DNA from: Octopus bimaculoides
Lineage: Eukaryota
Length of the DNA stretch: 48,443 nucleotides
Direction: 5' to 3'
Assembly: GCF_001194135.2 (NCBI RefSeq)
Contig: NC_068985.1
Span: 59,972,081 to 60,020,523, forward strand
The position numbers and the translations under genes were made by a program. The notes beneath the pieces were generated by a model. It had not been told where the DNA came from and searched no databases. It saw nothing but the letters and a program-made list of their open reading frames with translations. Position 1 is the first letter of the stretch. Every line of letters begins with the position of its first letter. This document shows positions 26,013 to 38,003 of this stretch, one piece after another.

Positions 26013-26879
26013 AATACTAACCCCTCTCTCAATGAAATTACATCATTGATTTGAATACTATTTTATACTGTCTATTTACATACAGGATGAGTTAGGGGTG
26101 GGGGCATTGAGAGTGCATTCCCTTCGTAAAGAGCTCGTCTCAACAACCTTGTCCAGTTGCTCTTTGAACTAGTTGGACTCGAGAGAGTTACTACTGTGTG
26201 AGTGCTGTTGAAGGTTGACCTTTTAATATGCAGAGAGAAAATGAGCTAAACTGACAGATGACGTACTTCAAACATTATATTACTAAACTAGAAATACAAA
26301 ACTTTGACATCTGCCTAGATATATAATCATGTATCATACTTTCTGCACCTGTAGACTAACAGAATAATATACTTCTACTGAAACCACCAATAGTTTCACT
26401 CCAAGATAAAATGTTAAGTGTGTGTGTACTTATATGCATGTAGTGTATGTGTTTATATTATATATTGTTTATATTGTGTAAAGTCAATATTGTAATTTTT
26501 ATATGTCAATACTATGTGTATATGTTACATTGTGTAGTCTAAAGGAATGGACAATAAGATGTGTGTGTGTATACATATACACACACATTTATTTTAATGT
26601 TCATTTTTCCCTGTTAGTATCAGTTCAGCAAACACATTACTAAGACATTTTTTTTACAGCCAGATAGACTTCTTGTTGCTAACCCTTAACTGTTTTTCAA
26701 TTAAGGGGTCTTTACATATCTTCGAAGTTGCAAAGTGAGCAGGCACTTTGTTGTTAAAAGTGACAACAGTGCTTTTAGCTTGCAACTTTTGTAAAGTACA
26801 AATGTAAACAAATACACCTAAACTCTCTCTCTCTCTCTCTTTCTTTCTCTCTCTCTCTCTCCCTCACACTTACACACAC

Positions 26880-27035
26880 AACAGGCTTCTTACAGTTTCC
26901 ATCAAACAAATTCATTTACACAGCTTTAGTTTTAGTCAGCCTAGAATATTGTAGAAGACATTTACTTTTACAATGGGCCTGAACCTGAAATCACAAGGTT
27001 TGGAAAGCAAACGTCTTAATCACACAGCTATATCC
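26880..27035 (-). mobile_element. SINE family B, 5' half (diverged)
   Basis: ggcttcttacagtttcc..aaattcatttacac..gtagaagaca..ctgaacctgaaatcaca..aagcaaac..cttaatcacacagc. Confidence 0.6.
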
Positions 27036-27048
27036 ATATGCACGCTGT

Positions 27049-27200
27049 ATCATCATCATTATAATTTAACATCCATTTTCTATGCTGATATTGGCTGGCT
27101 GGACAGCTTTGACAAGAACTGGCACCAGGTTCCAGTCTGATTTGACTTGGTTTCTACAACTGGATGCCCTTCCTAATGCCAACCACTTTACAGAGTGTTT
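27049..27200 (-). mobile_element. RTE-type 3' tail fragment
   Basis: catcatcat..tttaacatccattttctatgctg..ctggatgcccttcctaatgccaaccactttacagagtg is the reverse complement of the RTE tail. Confidence 0.7.
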
Positions 27201-28052
27201 GACGTGGCTTATATATAAAATATGACATAATATGAATAAACATTTGAAAATCTTTTTTTTTTTTATAATTTACTTTCTTTTTACACTGTATACAAATATT
27301 TGTTTTTTCAAGTATGACACTGCTGGCTGCAAGATAGCCTACTTAAGGTAGTATATTTCCTAAATCAAGGTCTAACATTCTACTCTTCTCATGGGAGCCA
27401 TAATATTGCTACAGAAAGACAATGTTAATTAGGTTAATTATATCATTATCAAGGTGGCAAGCTGGCAAATAAACAAGTTGTTGTTTAGCCCCCAGGTCTG
27501 ACTTGATCAACCAGATCTATTCTCAAAGGATGTTCCTGCCATAACTACATTTTTTCCAGACATAATATATCTAGGGCTACATTATCTGATGTGTACTTCT
27601 TTCAGACAGGAGACTGTAAATTCAAAGGGATCTGGTTACTTTTTCAAGCAGTTTAAGCAACTTTGTAGGTGATTCCTTATTGACCTATTTAACTAATATA
27701 TTATCTTGCTTTTATTTAGCCCCTTAAGCTTTACAAGTGTGATCATCATCATTTATTCACAGTATAAGCCTTAATATAATGTTTCACACACACACACATA
27801 TACCTCACTGTCACACCCTGGCATTTTTCACTATTATATGCCACATCAAATACTGGTTTATAATTTCAATATATACACTTCTATCACAACTGCTGCAATT
27901 TAGAGCTGGTCACAGCCACCACATTAAAAATATGCTTCCAATATTCCATCGTTTTTCTCTAAAATGGTTGCCTTGGCATTTGTTACTCTTATTAGGTTGA
28001 CACACCCAGTCTTTTGGTTTGATTGTTTATTTATGTTATTATCATTATCATT

Positions 28053-29053
28053 AAGGCTGCAAGCTGGCAGAATCATTAGAGCACTGAATGAAATGCTTAG
28101 TGGTATTTCGCTTGTCACAACATTCTGAGTTCAAATTCCACTAAGGTCAACTTTATCTTTCTTCCTTTCAGGTCAATAAAATAAGTGCCAGTTTAACACA
28201 AGTTGATGTAATTGACTCATCCCCCTCCTCCAAAATTGCTGCCCGGCAAAATTTGAAACCACCACCATTATTATTATCATTATTATTATTTAAGGTGGCA
28301 AGCTGACAGAATCGTTAGTGGCATTTTGTTTGTCTTTTAAGTTCTAAGTTCAGATTCTATTGGGGTCAATAAATTAGGTACCAGTTACGTACTGAGGTAG
28401 ATCTAATCGACTGCCCCGCCTCCCTAAAAATTTCGGGCCTTGTGCCTAGAGTAGAAAAGATTATTATTAAGACAGCAATCTAACAGAATCGTTAGCAGAA
28501 TTTCATTTGTCTTTACTTTCTGAGTTCAAATTCCACTGAGGTCAACTTTGCCTTTAATTCTTTCAGGATCAATGAAATAAGTACCAGTTGATCACTGGGG
28601 TTGATGTTATTAATTAGAACCCTCCCCTAAACTTGCTAGCCTTGTACCAAAATTTGAAAGCAATATTAAGGTATTGAGCTGGCAAACCGTTATGCTTGGT
28701 GGCATTTTGTCCGTCTTTATGTTCTGAGTTCAAATTCTGCCATGGTTGACTCTGCTTTTCATCCTTTTGGGGTCGATGAAATAAATACCAGTTGAGAAAC
28801 GGGGTTGATATAATCAACTATCCCCTCCCCCAAAATGTCAGACTTTGTGCCTCTATTAGAAAAGATTATTTATTGTTAACCAAGTAATTTACCGCCTGTA
28901 ACTGTTATACTCTTTGTGTGTATATCGACTTTGTCTTCCATCCTTTCGTGTTCGATAAAATAAGTACCATTTGAGCACTGGGGTCGATGTAATCGATTTA
29001 CTCCCTCCCCTGAACTTGATGGCCCTCTGCCAAAATTTGTAACCAATATTAAT
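28053..29053 (+). mobile_element. Head-to-tail train of five SINE family C copies
   Basis: Copies start at about 28053, 28292, 28469, 28668 and 28924 (headless). Each has ttctgagttcaaatt / ataagtacca / ggggt.gatgtaat motifs and ends in an (ATT)n-type tail. Confidence 0.85.
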
Positions 29054-30369
29054 TCTTTTTNNNNNNNNNNNNNNNNNNNNNNNNNNNNNNNNNNNNNNNN
29101 NNNNNNNNNNNNNNNNNNNNNNNNNNNNNNNNNNNNNNNNNNNNNNNNNNNNNNNNNNNNNNNNNNNNNNNNNNNNNNNNNNNNNNNNNNNNNNNNNNNN
29201 NNNNNNNNNNNNNNNNNNNNNNNNNNNNNNNACTTTGGCAAATGTGTTGAGGTACACACACGTGTTTTGTGTAACCAATATCTGATTTTTTTTTTTAAGC
29301 AGTGTGTGTGTGAAGATGTATAAAATTAGGTCTATCTATGAAGTTGGGATATGCCAAGTTTTTTGTTTTTTTATTACAGAAATCCATTTGCATAAAACAA
29401 ATGAATGCAGAATTTTGCAAACGAAGGGAGGATAGCTTTGCTAGAAATAGCATCAAAATCGTCCTCGGTGGTGCACCAGCATGACTGCAGCCACTTGGCT
29501 GAAACACATAAATAAATAAATAAATAAATTGTGTTTTTAAATAGGAACATATGCTGTAATGTAATCTTTGACAAACTGTCTGAAAAACAGGACACAATTT
29601 ATGAATAGGATGCATACAACTGACCTTCGGACTTTTTATTTTTACTCTTTCTTTAATCAGTAATCATGGCCAGCTGGAATATAAAGGATGCAGTGTCATG
29701 TGTGAAATCAAAAAGGAGAAGAAAAATTGGAAAACTATTAAAATAAAGAAATTCTTCACTGAAGTTAAACTGTGTCACGAACCTCTTCCCTTTCTTACGT
29801 GTTAAAAACAACAGAACGAGGGCTATCTGGTCGTTTGACTTGCTAGAAGTAATAAAGGAAACACATCTATATTCCTACATAGACGTAAACTGAGGGGATA
29901 GTCACAAATGGAATACCTTTGATCATAGGCCTGCTCAGTCAGAGCTGACTGCATTAAACAGGTTCCTCATCATCAAGTCTCCGTAGAACTCCAAATCCAA
30001 TATTTAGTATTCCTCACGAGGCGGAGGTAAAGGATGCGTACACTATCCGTTTTCGGCGTATCAAAAGCCCTAATCCTCGGGTGTACGTATTCTTCACTTT
30101 CGCCCCTCACGTCACCCATTTATTAAACTTAAAGCATGCTTTGATATTATTCCCATAACTGGAAGTGTAGACGGCATCACCTTCTTTTCATTCTTGGTTT
30201 TTATTCTCTAATATTTTGTCTCTTCTCTATTGTCTTAAAACATTATGGATCCCCGATTAAAACAATGTTTTGTGGTTCTACACAAAACTCGATACATACA
30301 TCAGCATTGGGTCTCTAGACTCGTGGGGCATCCTGCCGAACTGCCCAGAGTACCCCCATCTTGAGACAG

Positions 30370-30580
30370 TACTGTCCCTAGATTCAAATTCCGCCGGAAT
30401 TATCATTCCATGCAAAAGACGAACGACTCCATACTTTCTGTACTCATTTTTCTGACATTGTTCTGCCTTTCATCCTTCCGGGTTCGATAAAATAAGTATC
30501 ACTGGGGTCAATGTAATCGACTAGCCTCCGCTTTCAAAATTTCTAGCCTTGTACCTATAGTAGACAAGACTGTTATTATT
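30370..30580 (+). mobile_element. SINE family C copy (CpGs retained, with an internal insertion)
   Basis: ttcaaattccgccg ... gcctttcatccttccgggttcgataaaataagta..ctggggtcaatgtaatcgact..gccttgtacctatagtag. Confidence 0.7.
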
Positions 30581-30859
30581 TATTTAAAATGGTAATTGAA
30601 TTAATCTTGTAGCCAAATAACAACAGTTTGTTAATATTTTAGTAAATGATGTGGTGGTGTGTGTCATAGCGAGATTCCTGATTTACAAAACATTAAATAA
30701 CTACTAAACTATCATCTACTTTAGATAATGACAATCCTCTATATTATTGATATTTTATTTTTGAACCACAGTGCCATCATTCCTAGTCCTCGATACCCTA
30801 TGCCTAAAAATAAGAATATATCTTGACAAACACCGCCAATGTGTTATTAGCCCTATCAA

Positions 30860-31065
30860 TACATTACAGCGTTGGGGAAAATGCTTTGCGACATTTCGTC
30901 CGCTCGCTCTTAATGATCTTAATTCCAATACCGCCGAGATTGATTTTGCTTTTCATCCTTTCGTGGTCATTAACATAAAGTACCAGTCAAGTATTGAGGT
31001 CGATGTAATCAAGTAACTCCTTCCCTAAAAACTGCTGGCCTTGAGCCTAAATTAGAAAGAATTAT
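30860..31065 (+). mobile_element. SINE family C copy
   Basis: aaatgctttgcgacatttcgtc..ttccaataccgccgag..tttcatcctttcgtggtc..aagtaccag..gaggtcgatgtaatc..ctggccttg. Confidence 0.75.
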
Positions 31066-31849
31066 TGTTTACTTTTGATCGGTTATAATTCTCCCGCCAA
31101 AATATCTCTCATAAGGGCGATAGTATTTAGTTACATCCCTTTCATCTTTCCAGTCAAATATTCGCTTAAGACTTGTTATAATACTGCCAACATTTGACTT
31201 TGTGCCAATCTCAGAAATCTATTATTAGAAATAATTCATACAGCGTAATTATATAACTTTACCGGCTCAGATCCTCACTGGCTTCCACAGATTCTATTTC
31301 ACTATTATTAAAAATAGATTTCCGCATTATATTATCGGTTCTGTGTTCGAATTCTGCTGGTTTAGCCATTCTCTTACTTTATACTCCGGGTTTAAGTCCG
31401 TTAATACACTGATATCACTTGAAACGACTATTAACCTCTGTTCCTACCTCTGAAAATATCTGATCTTGTCTTAGTATCTTAAATTGTTACTATTAGTTGA
31501 GACCAATTTCCTGTGATATGGATTCCATGCGAGGCTCAAATTGTCAACCGTTTCAGCTGAGGAACAGAGCCAGTTGACTGAAGATTAAGAAAAACATTTA
31601 GTTTCGATATTTCTCTTGATTCCTTGTTCCAAAAACTGTATCCGTGCCGATGTGGGTGTGGGTGTTAGTAACAATGACAAATTTGGTTGCAATCTTGAAT
31701 CAACCATTCCTTCTTCTCTCGGAGAGCTAAACGAAGTCGCTCGATCTGTTAGGATTAGCAGTCATATCTCCCCCTACTATTTTTTAAAGTCAATAGGATC
31801 TGATTTGAGAAGGTGTTGGACATTTTGTTTTTTATATCGTATTCAGAGG

Positions 31850-32075
31850 TGAAGGTAGGTATCCCCAACCGGAGAGCTATACCGAATATTTACAAGAGTA
31901 TGAACCCCACTAAAGGCGCCCACGTATCAGGTGGTGGTGTTAAACCGTTGACGGGTTCAGGTTACCACCCACGAAGGCCAAGGTAAAACTTGAAGCCAGA
32001 ATGTAAAGATCCAGGAGAAACACTGCAAGGTATTTTATTCGACCTTGTTTCCAACGCTCTAACAACTGCCAGTTC
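31850..32075 (-). mobile_element. SINE with a family C-like head and a different body
   Basis: The reverse complement starts gcgaactggcagttgttagagcgt..aaaataccttgcagtgttt..ctttacattctg, then continues into unrelated sequence. Confidence 0.45.
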
Positions 32076-32094
32076 GCTACTCTAAATTTTTTTC

Positions 32095-32441
32095 TTTTAC
32101 CTTTTCTTGTTTCAGTCATTAGACTGCGCCACCTCAAATTTTAGCTGAATGAATTGGCTCCAATTCTTTTTTTTTTTTTAAGCATGGTACTTATCCTACT
32201 GGTCTCTCTTTTGCCGAACCGCTAAGTTATGGTCACACAAACACCTGTTGTAAAGCGGGATGTGGTTGGGGTAAGCAAAGACACGCACACATGACGGGCT
32301 TTTTTCAGTTTCCGCTTACCAAATCCACTCACAAGGCTTTGGTCGGCCCGGGGCTACAGTAGAAGACACCCAATGTGTCACACCATGTGAATACGCAACC
32401 ATGTGGTCGGGAAGCAAACTTCTTACCACACAGCTACGCCT
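32095..32441 (-). mobile_element. SINE family B, near full-length, CpG-retaining
   Basis: ttgtttcagtcattagactgcg..ttgccgaaccgctaagtt..gacgggc..aaatccactcacaaggctttggtcggcccggggc..accatgtggtcgggaagc. Confidence 0.85.
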
Positions 32442-33081
32442 ATACAAAATAAACAGTAAAGTCATTGCTGGATCCCTTATGGTTGACCTGGTACTAAACA
32501 ATGACAAGTTATGCAAGAATGCCCAAGACATGGCACCTATTTTTCTTGTTTCCATCGAGAAAGACCAAACTGTTGCCAATACTAACAGCTGACAGTATGT
32601 GTGTGTATACACACATTCACTATATGTATGAGAGTATGTATAGGACTGGTCGACACTTCTGCCGAATATTTTTTTATTACGAAATTATTCAAGTCATTAA
32701 GTGTCACTCATCTGTAGTAATATTTTGCTGAAAAAAATCATGCCGCAACAAAACACCCACTCTGTGTGTGTGTGTGTGTGTGCGCGCGCGCGCGCTGAAA
32801 GGTGTTTCTTTCTTCCGATTTAATTATTTTGAAAAAGGAATTAATTTCCAATAAAATAATCTCTACTACAAGTAAGGTTTGGAGAAGATTTGGCAGCTAA
32901 CTCTAGCAAAGTGGAATGGTCATGTAGAGGGGTTCCCTCTCTAGTATGTGTAGTGGTAGTATTTAGTATTGATACCAGCAGTAGTAGTTGCAGCTTTATT
33001 TCGTCTTCTGTTTATGAGCAGCTCCCACGTTTCGTTGGAAATATGTCGAAATATGGTGTTAATTCTACGTAGCTCTCTTTC

Positions 33082-33118
<37 letters not shown>

Positions 33119-33781
33119 ACGACGTAGTACCACCCACGCTATGTCGTTTCCTGAGACCTGGCTCATTTCTCTCTACTATTACCCTTCATGGCTATCAATA
33201 CACACATTCCTCGTCTCTTCTAACTGTCGGAAAATGGATGAAGCAATGATTAAACTGCATATATTTATCCATTCAGTAGCAGTGTAACCTTTTCATGCGA
33301 GGCGAAACTTAGCTCTTGTTCTACATCTTCTCATGGGGTTCACGTTGCTTACACAAACCAGCCAGAGTACTGGCGCAGCGCCCTTGCTTCTGTAGCTGTC
33401 CGCATTCTGGGTCAAGAGTTAAGAGGCCTTGAGACGAGTGTCTATGACTATTCCAGACTACATAGTTACCTAAAACAATTAGCGAGAGAATAGTACATGC
33501 TACAAAACCATACAACTTTGCGACTGACAGCTGCCTGTACAGTTCTCTTTCTTTCTCTCTTTCTTTCTCTCTCTCTCTCCGAGAAAACACCTAGATGAAG
33601 ACCAGCTAAATCAAAATCAATGTCTCTCCAGAAAGTTTAATGATGATTTGTCTTTACATTTCGATGTACCTACGAAAGATTTACAAATTCGTCTAAACAA
33701 CTGCTGGACAATTTGTAGCCACAGCTTTACTTCCTTTTTATTTGTTTTCCTTTTCCCTCGTTTACATTTACCTGGTTAATT

Positions 33782-33874
33782 CGGCATAACTACAGGNNNN
33801 NNNNNNNNNNNNNNNNNNNNNNNNNNNNNNNNNNNNNNNNNNNNGGGGGGGGGTAAAACCCTGTAGTTATGCCG
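33782..33874. mobile_element. Small hairpin/MITE-like element spanning an assembly gap
   Basis: Perfect 15-bp inverted repeats cggcataactacagg (33782-33796) and cctgtagttatgccg (33860-33874), each flanked by ttaatt. Confidence 0.55.
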
Positions 33875-34636
33875 TTAATTCTAGTTCTTTGTAAATTTGT
33901 TTCATATTTTTACTAGTTTTAATCATTAAAGTGGATCACCGCCTTCAACTATGATCGATTAAAAAGTCGATCATATCGACTCCTTGTTGTCTTTCAGTCT
34001 GGTATTTATCCGTTACTATTTCTCGAATGACTAAAGTACTATCTGAAGTTAAGGAACAGTTTTACTCTGTATATATATACACACACACACTTCTGCAGTT
34101 TCCGTCTGTCAAAATATTGATCAACTCAAAACTATGGTTAATGTACTTGACAAAAGTGCCACTCAGAGGAATCGAACAGGGAACCATGTTGCTTTTTAAC
34201 CACACTATTATACTTATTAATTTGTATTCATTTCTTTTAATCCATCTTCTTGTCTGTTGTCTTGTTTCCACGCTTCCCGTTCATTTACCAACTGACATTT
34301 CTATACTATGTAGCTGAAACCCTGTCCCACCTCCCCACTCTATCTGTCTGTCTATGTCTGTTGTCAGAATGATGAAATTGTACCAGTTAACTAAGTCTAT
34401 GATCCGGTTTCAGTTCTTTACTGTAAACATTTCACATCACTAAAACCGTTAGTCCGGACTACATTTACAGGGGGACAAGTCAGCTTCCAGGTACCTTTTT
34501 ACAGGGTCTTCGGAAATGGTTGGTGGGAAGGAGTTATTCTGTCCTGAGATGTGATCTGAAACTTTTCAACATAATATAGTCTAGTAACGGTACCTGCGGT
34601 GGTGATAAACCGACTGATGGATTAAGCATACACACA

Positions 34637-34668
<32 letters not shown>

Positions 34669-34803
34669 TAAACACACACACTCTCTCTCTCTCTCTCTCG
34701 TGTGCGTGTTTGTTTTTAATGGTTCGCAATTGCCTCGATGCCTTTTCCTCCCCCTCCCCCACATCACCGGCTGTAATCAGGATTTAAAACTCAGTATCTA
34801 GAG

Positions 34804-35143
34804 CAGGGGTTCTCAATCATTTTTTTATCTTAGGACCCCTTTGGTTGCTATTTTATTCAGTTGGATCCCCCATAGCCACTCGATGTTGGAAAGCAGTTTC
34901 ATAGAAACTTCTTTCAAAATTCCTATTTTGCTTTTCACACATTAACTTGTGTAGGTTGAACTATGTAAAATGTTAGAGAAAGAAACTAATGTTTCTTGCA
35001 ATACATACATCTAAAGCAAATTTTTTTTCAGAGTCCTTAAAATGCTATTGTGGATCCTCAGTTTATTATTTTGTTGCATGGACCCCGAAAAATCTTATAT
35101 GGACCCCAAAAAATCTTATACGGACCCCTGTTGTGAGCCACTG
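34804..35143. mobile_element. Non-autonomous hAT (Charlie-like) MITE, 340 bp
   Basis: Imperfect TIRs CAGGGGTTCTCAA / TTGTGAGCCACTG (10/13), perfect 8-bp TSD ATCTAGAG at 34796-34803 and 35144-35151, and subterminal ggacccc repeats including a 21-bp tandem. Confidence 0.9.
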
Positions 35144-35254
35144 ATCTAGAGGTATCGAAGTATTTAACGTAATGCGACTAATCTTTTTGTGTCCACACGC
35201 ATACGCGCGTACGATTGGTTGGGAAGGTAAGATTTCTTCCCATACCCTTCGCAA

Positions 35255-36150
35255 GACATCTCAGCATACAGTATGCTTGATTCCATTAATTGTTCCACTT
35301 GAGACACATTCCGGAATTAAATTCCAGAGGGATGATGTTCTGGAATGGAAGGACCGGGTGTCGTGGTTCGTGTCGGACTTGAGGTGGAGTGGGAAGAGAA
35401 GATTTGAATGAGTAAGGAGTGTCTGCATGGAGGGCGGCACGTCAGCAGTCACATATGAGAAACAAAGACCATTATAGTAGTAATAGAAAAAATACGGAGA
35501 GGAAACTGCTTGTGAGTGACTTCATGACAATCTAGTGGCCTTTGTTTCAATGCTGTCTGGGATGTGTATCGCAGCAACTAACACGGTCCCAAGGGCAGTT
35601 CGTCATGGTGAATCACGCAGGGGCTTTGTATAGAGGTTAGTACTAGATAGATATTGTTTCCGAAGAAGGCTTGCCTTTGAGATAATCTTTGCTATGTTAA
35701 GGATGTGTATTGGCCAACGGAAATCTTCAATGATAGTGAGACCTAAGTATTTTGAAGCGATCATGGGGATTTTAATTACGTGGGGGAGCGATGATTTGAG
35801 TTCGGAGTTTGTGAAGAGACAAGATTGTCATGACACCATATTGGCTGATTTTTGTAAGCTCTGTTTATGGCGACAGTGCAGATATTTGTGTGTATGTGTG
35901 TACATGTTGGTTGGATACGGAAGACTGGAGAGTAATGAAAAGTGGGCGTTGTTGAATAGACAAGTAGGTCGTCGATGTATAGGAGGAAAAATATGGGGGA
36001 CACGACTAAACGTAGGGCGCTTTAGAGTCGATATAGTACGTAGATCAGAGAGAGAGATTAACATACATCATGAGTAAGTCCCTGATCCAAGAAATGATGA
36101 GGTAGGGAGCTCATAAGCGGGAAGTTTTGACAAGAGGTTCACGTGCCAGA
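35255..36150 (-). mobile_element. Decayed CR1/L2-group non-LTR retrotransposon, RT and C-terminal region
   Basis: Minus-strand remnants SPIFFLLYIDDL, KISQYG, KYLGLTIIEDFRWPIHI, YYYNGLC and RTSSLWNLIP are typical of the CR1-group ORF2. Frameshifted. Confidence 0.8.
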
Positions 36151-37289
36151 TTTGCTTTATGTCGACAGCAATGATACAACTTTAAACACATTTTTCGAGG
36201 GTTCGAGCCCGTTGTTGAGCAGGGTTGTTTCACACACACATACACACACGTATGTATGTGTGTGTGTTGATATGTATAAATATATGCATGTGTGTGTGTG
36301 TATGTATGTATACATAGGACACAACGATGACGTCATGGTTGTCGTGGCATGATGTCACTTTTTGCGGCTTCTCTATACACACTCAATCCTCTAGTTCTCT
36401 CTCACTTTCATTCTTTCATTTATTAGGGTGATCCATGTGTATATTGAGGGGAGTCACTTTTTTTCTTTTATCTAAGACAACATTATCAGATCTGATTTTT
36501 TAATATGGTAGTATGTGATTTGGCTGCTATTTCTTACAAGTCGGTCGACCATGTGGAGTTTCCCCTCTTTGGCGTTATTGTAGTTTCTCTGTATGTACAC
36601 ACACACACACACATATACATAGCTACATAAATGGGAACGAGGCACTCATTGTTGTTTTTAACGATCTTCACACGCGCACATGTCCAGCTAACGAGGGAAC
36701 CTCTACATGGTTACTGGATATGCTTGGGAGAGCAATCAGTTTTCTCACAAATAACATGCTGCTGTCTTAAAAAGGACGAATTGTATAATGTAGTCCTAGA
36801 CATACGCTTCGCTCTGTCTGTAAATAAGAAGGGAAGGTTACAGGTGGAAAGCCTCTGGCCATAAATCAGCTCGATTACAACTGAACAAGAAATAAACAAT
36901 ATTCTCCGGTAAAAAAAAAGGTTTGACCTGTCTAAAGTCAAGCAAGTACGTATTATAAAATACATAACAGCAAATAGCAGAACAGTATCTCCTATGTGTC
37001 TATAAAGACCACTGGATATGTGTGTACTTGTGCACTTCCAAAACCTATTATCATCTATGATAATATAAACAAAAGGTTATTGTTATTGAAATGCGCCCAA
37101 TATACGTGCAATGAAGTGGGGCACATTTAATGATGTAATATAGATATATTGTACACTGAAGTATAGACTGGTGAGTTACGGCTGGAACGTCTTTAACGGT
37201 GTCGGCTCGTTCAAGGCTGACCTTGGACTTACAGTAACACAGCTGAACATGTGTGGGAGTTCGGTGTGAAATATCAGTGTATGTGTATA

Positions 37290-37370
<81 letters not shown>

Positions 37371-37961
37371 NNNNNNNNNNNNNNNNNNNNNNNNNNNNNN
37401 NNNNNNNNNNNNNNNNNNNNNNNNNNNNNNNNNNNNNNNNNNNNNNNNNNNNNNNNNNNNNNNNNNNNNNNNNNNNNNNNNNNNNNNNNNNNNNNNNNNN
37501 NNNNNNNNNNNNNNNNNNNNNNNNNNNNNNNNNNNNNNNNNNNNNNNNNNNNNNNNNNNNNNNNNNNNNNNNNNNNNNNNNNNNNNNNNNNNNNNNNNNN
37601 NNNNNNNNNNNNNNNNNNNNNNNNNNNNNNNNNNNNNNNNNNNNNNNNNNNNNNNNNNNNNNNNNNNNNNNNNNNNNNNNNNNNNNNNNNNNNNNNNNNN
37701 NNNNNNNNNNNNNNNNNNNNNNNNNNNNNNNNNNNNNNNNNNNNNNNNNNNNNNNNNNNNNNNNNNNNNNNNNNNNNNNNNNNNNNNNNNNNNNNNNNNN
37801 NNNNNNNNNNNNNNNNNNNNNNNNNNNNNNNNNNNNNNNNNNNNNNNNNNNNNNNNNNNNNNNNNNNNNNNNNNNNNNNNNNNNNNNNNNNNNNNNNNNN
37901 NNNNNNNNNNNNNNNNNNNNNNNNNNNNNNNNNNNNNNNNNNNNNNNNNNNNNNNNNNNNN

Positions 37962-38003
<42 letters not shown>

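Noticed and set aside
31320-31852. Protein-looking frames on both strands (e.g. the 78-aa ORF 31616-31852)
   Set aside because: No recognisable domain, several stops in the best minus frame, and no convincing splice sites.
36328-36335. Perfect CRE palindrome TGACGTCA in the intron
   Set aside because: One 8-mer in 48 kb is near chance expectation and has no supporting context. Worth revisiting only if the CpG island proves regulatory.
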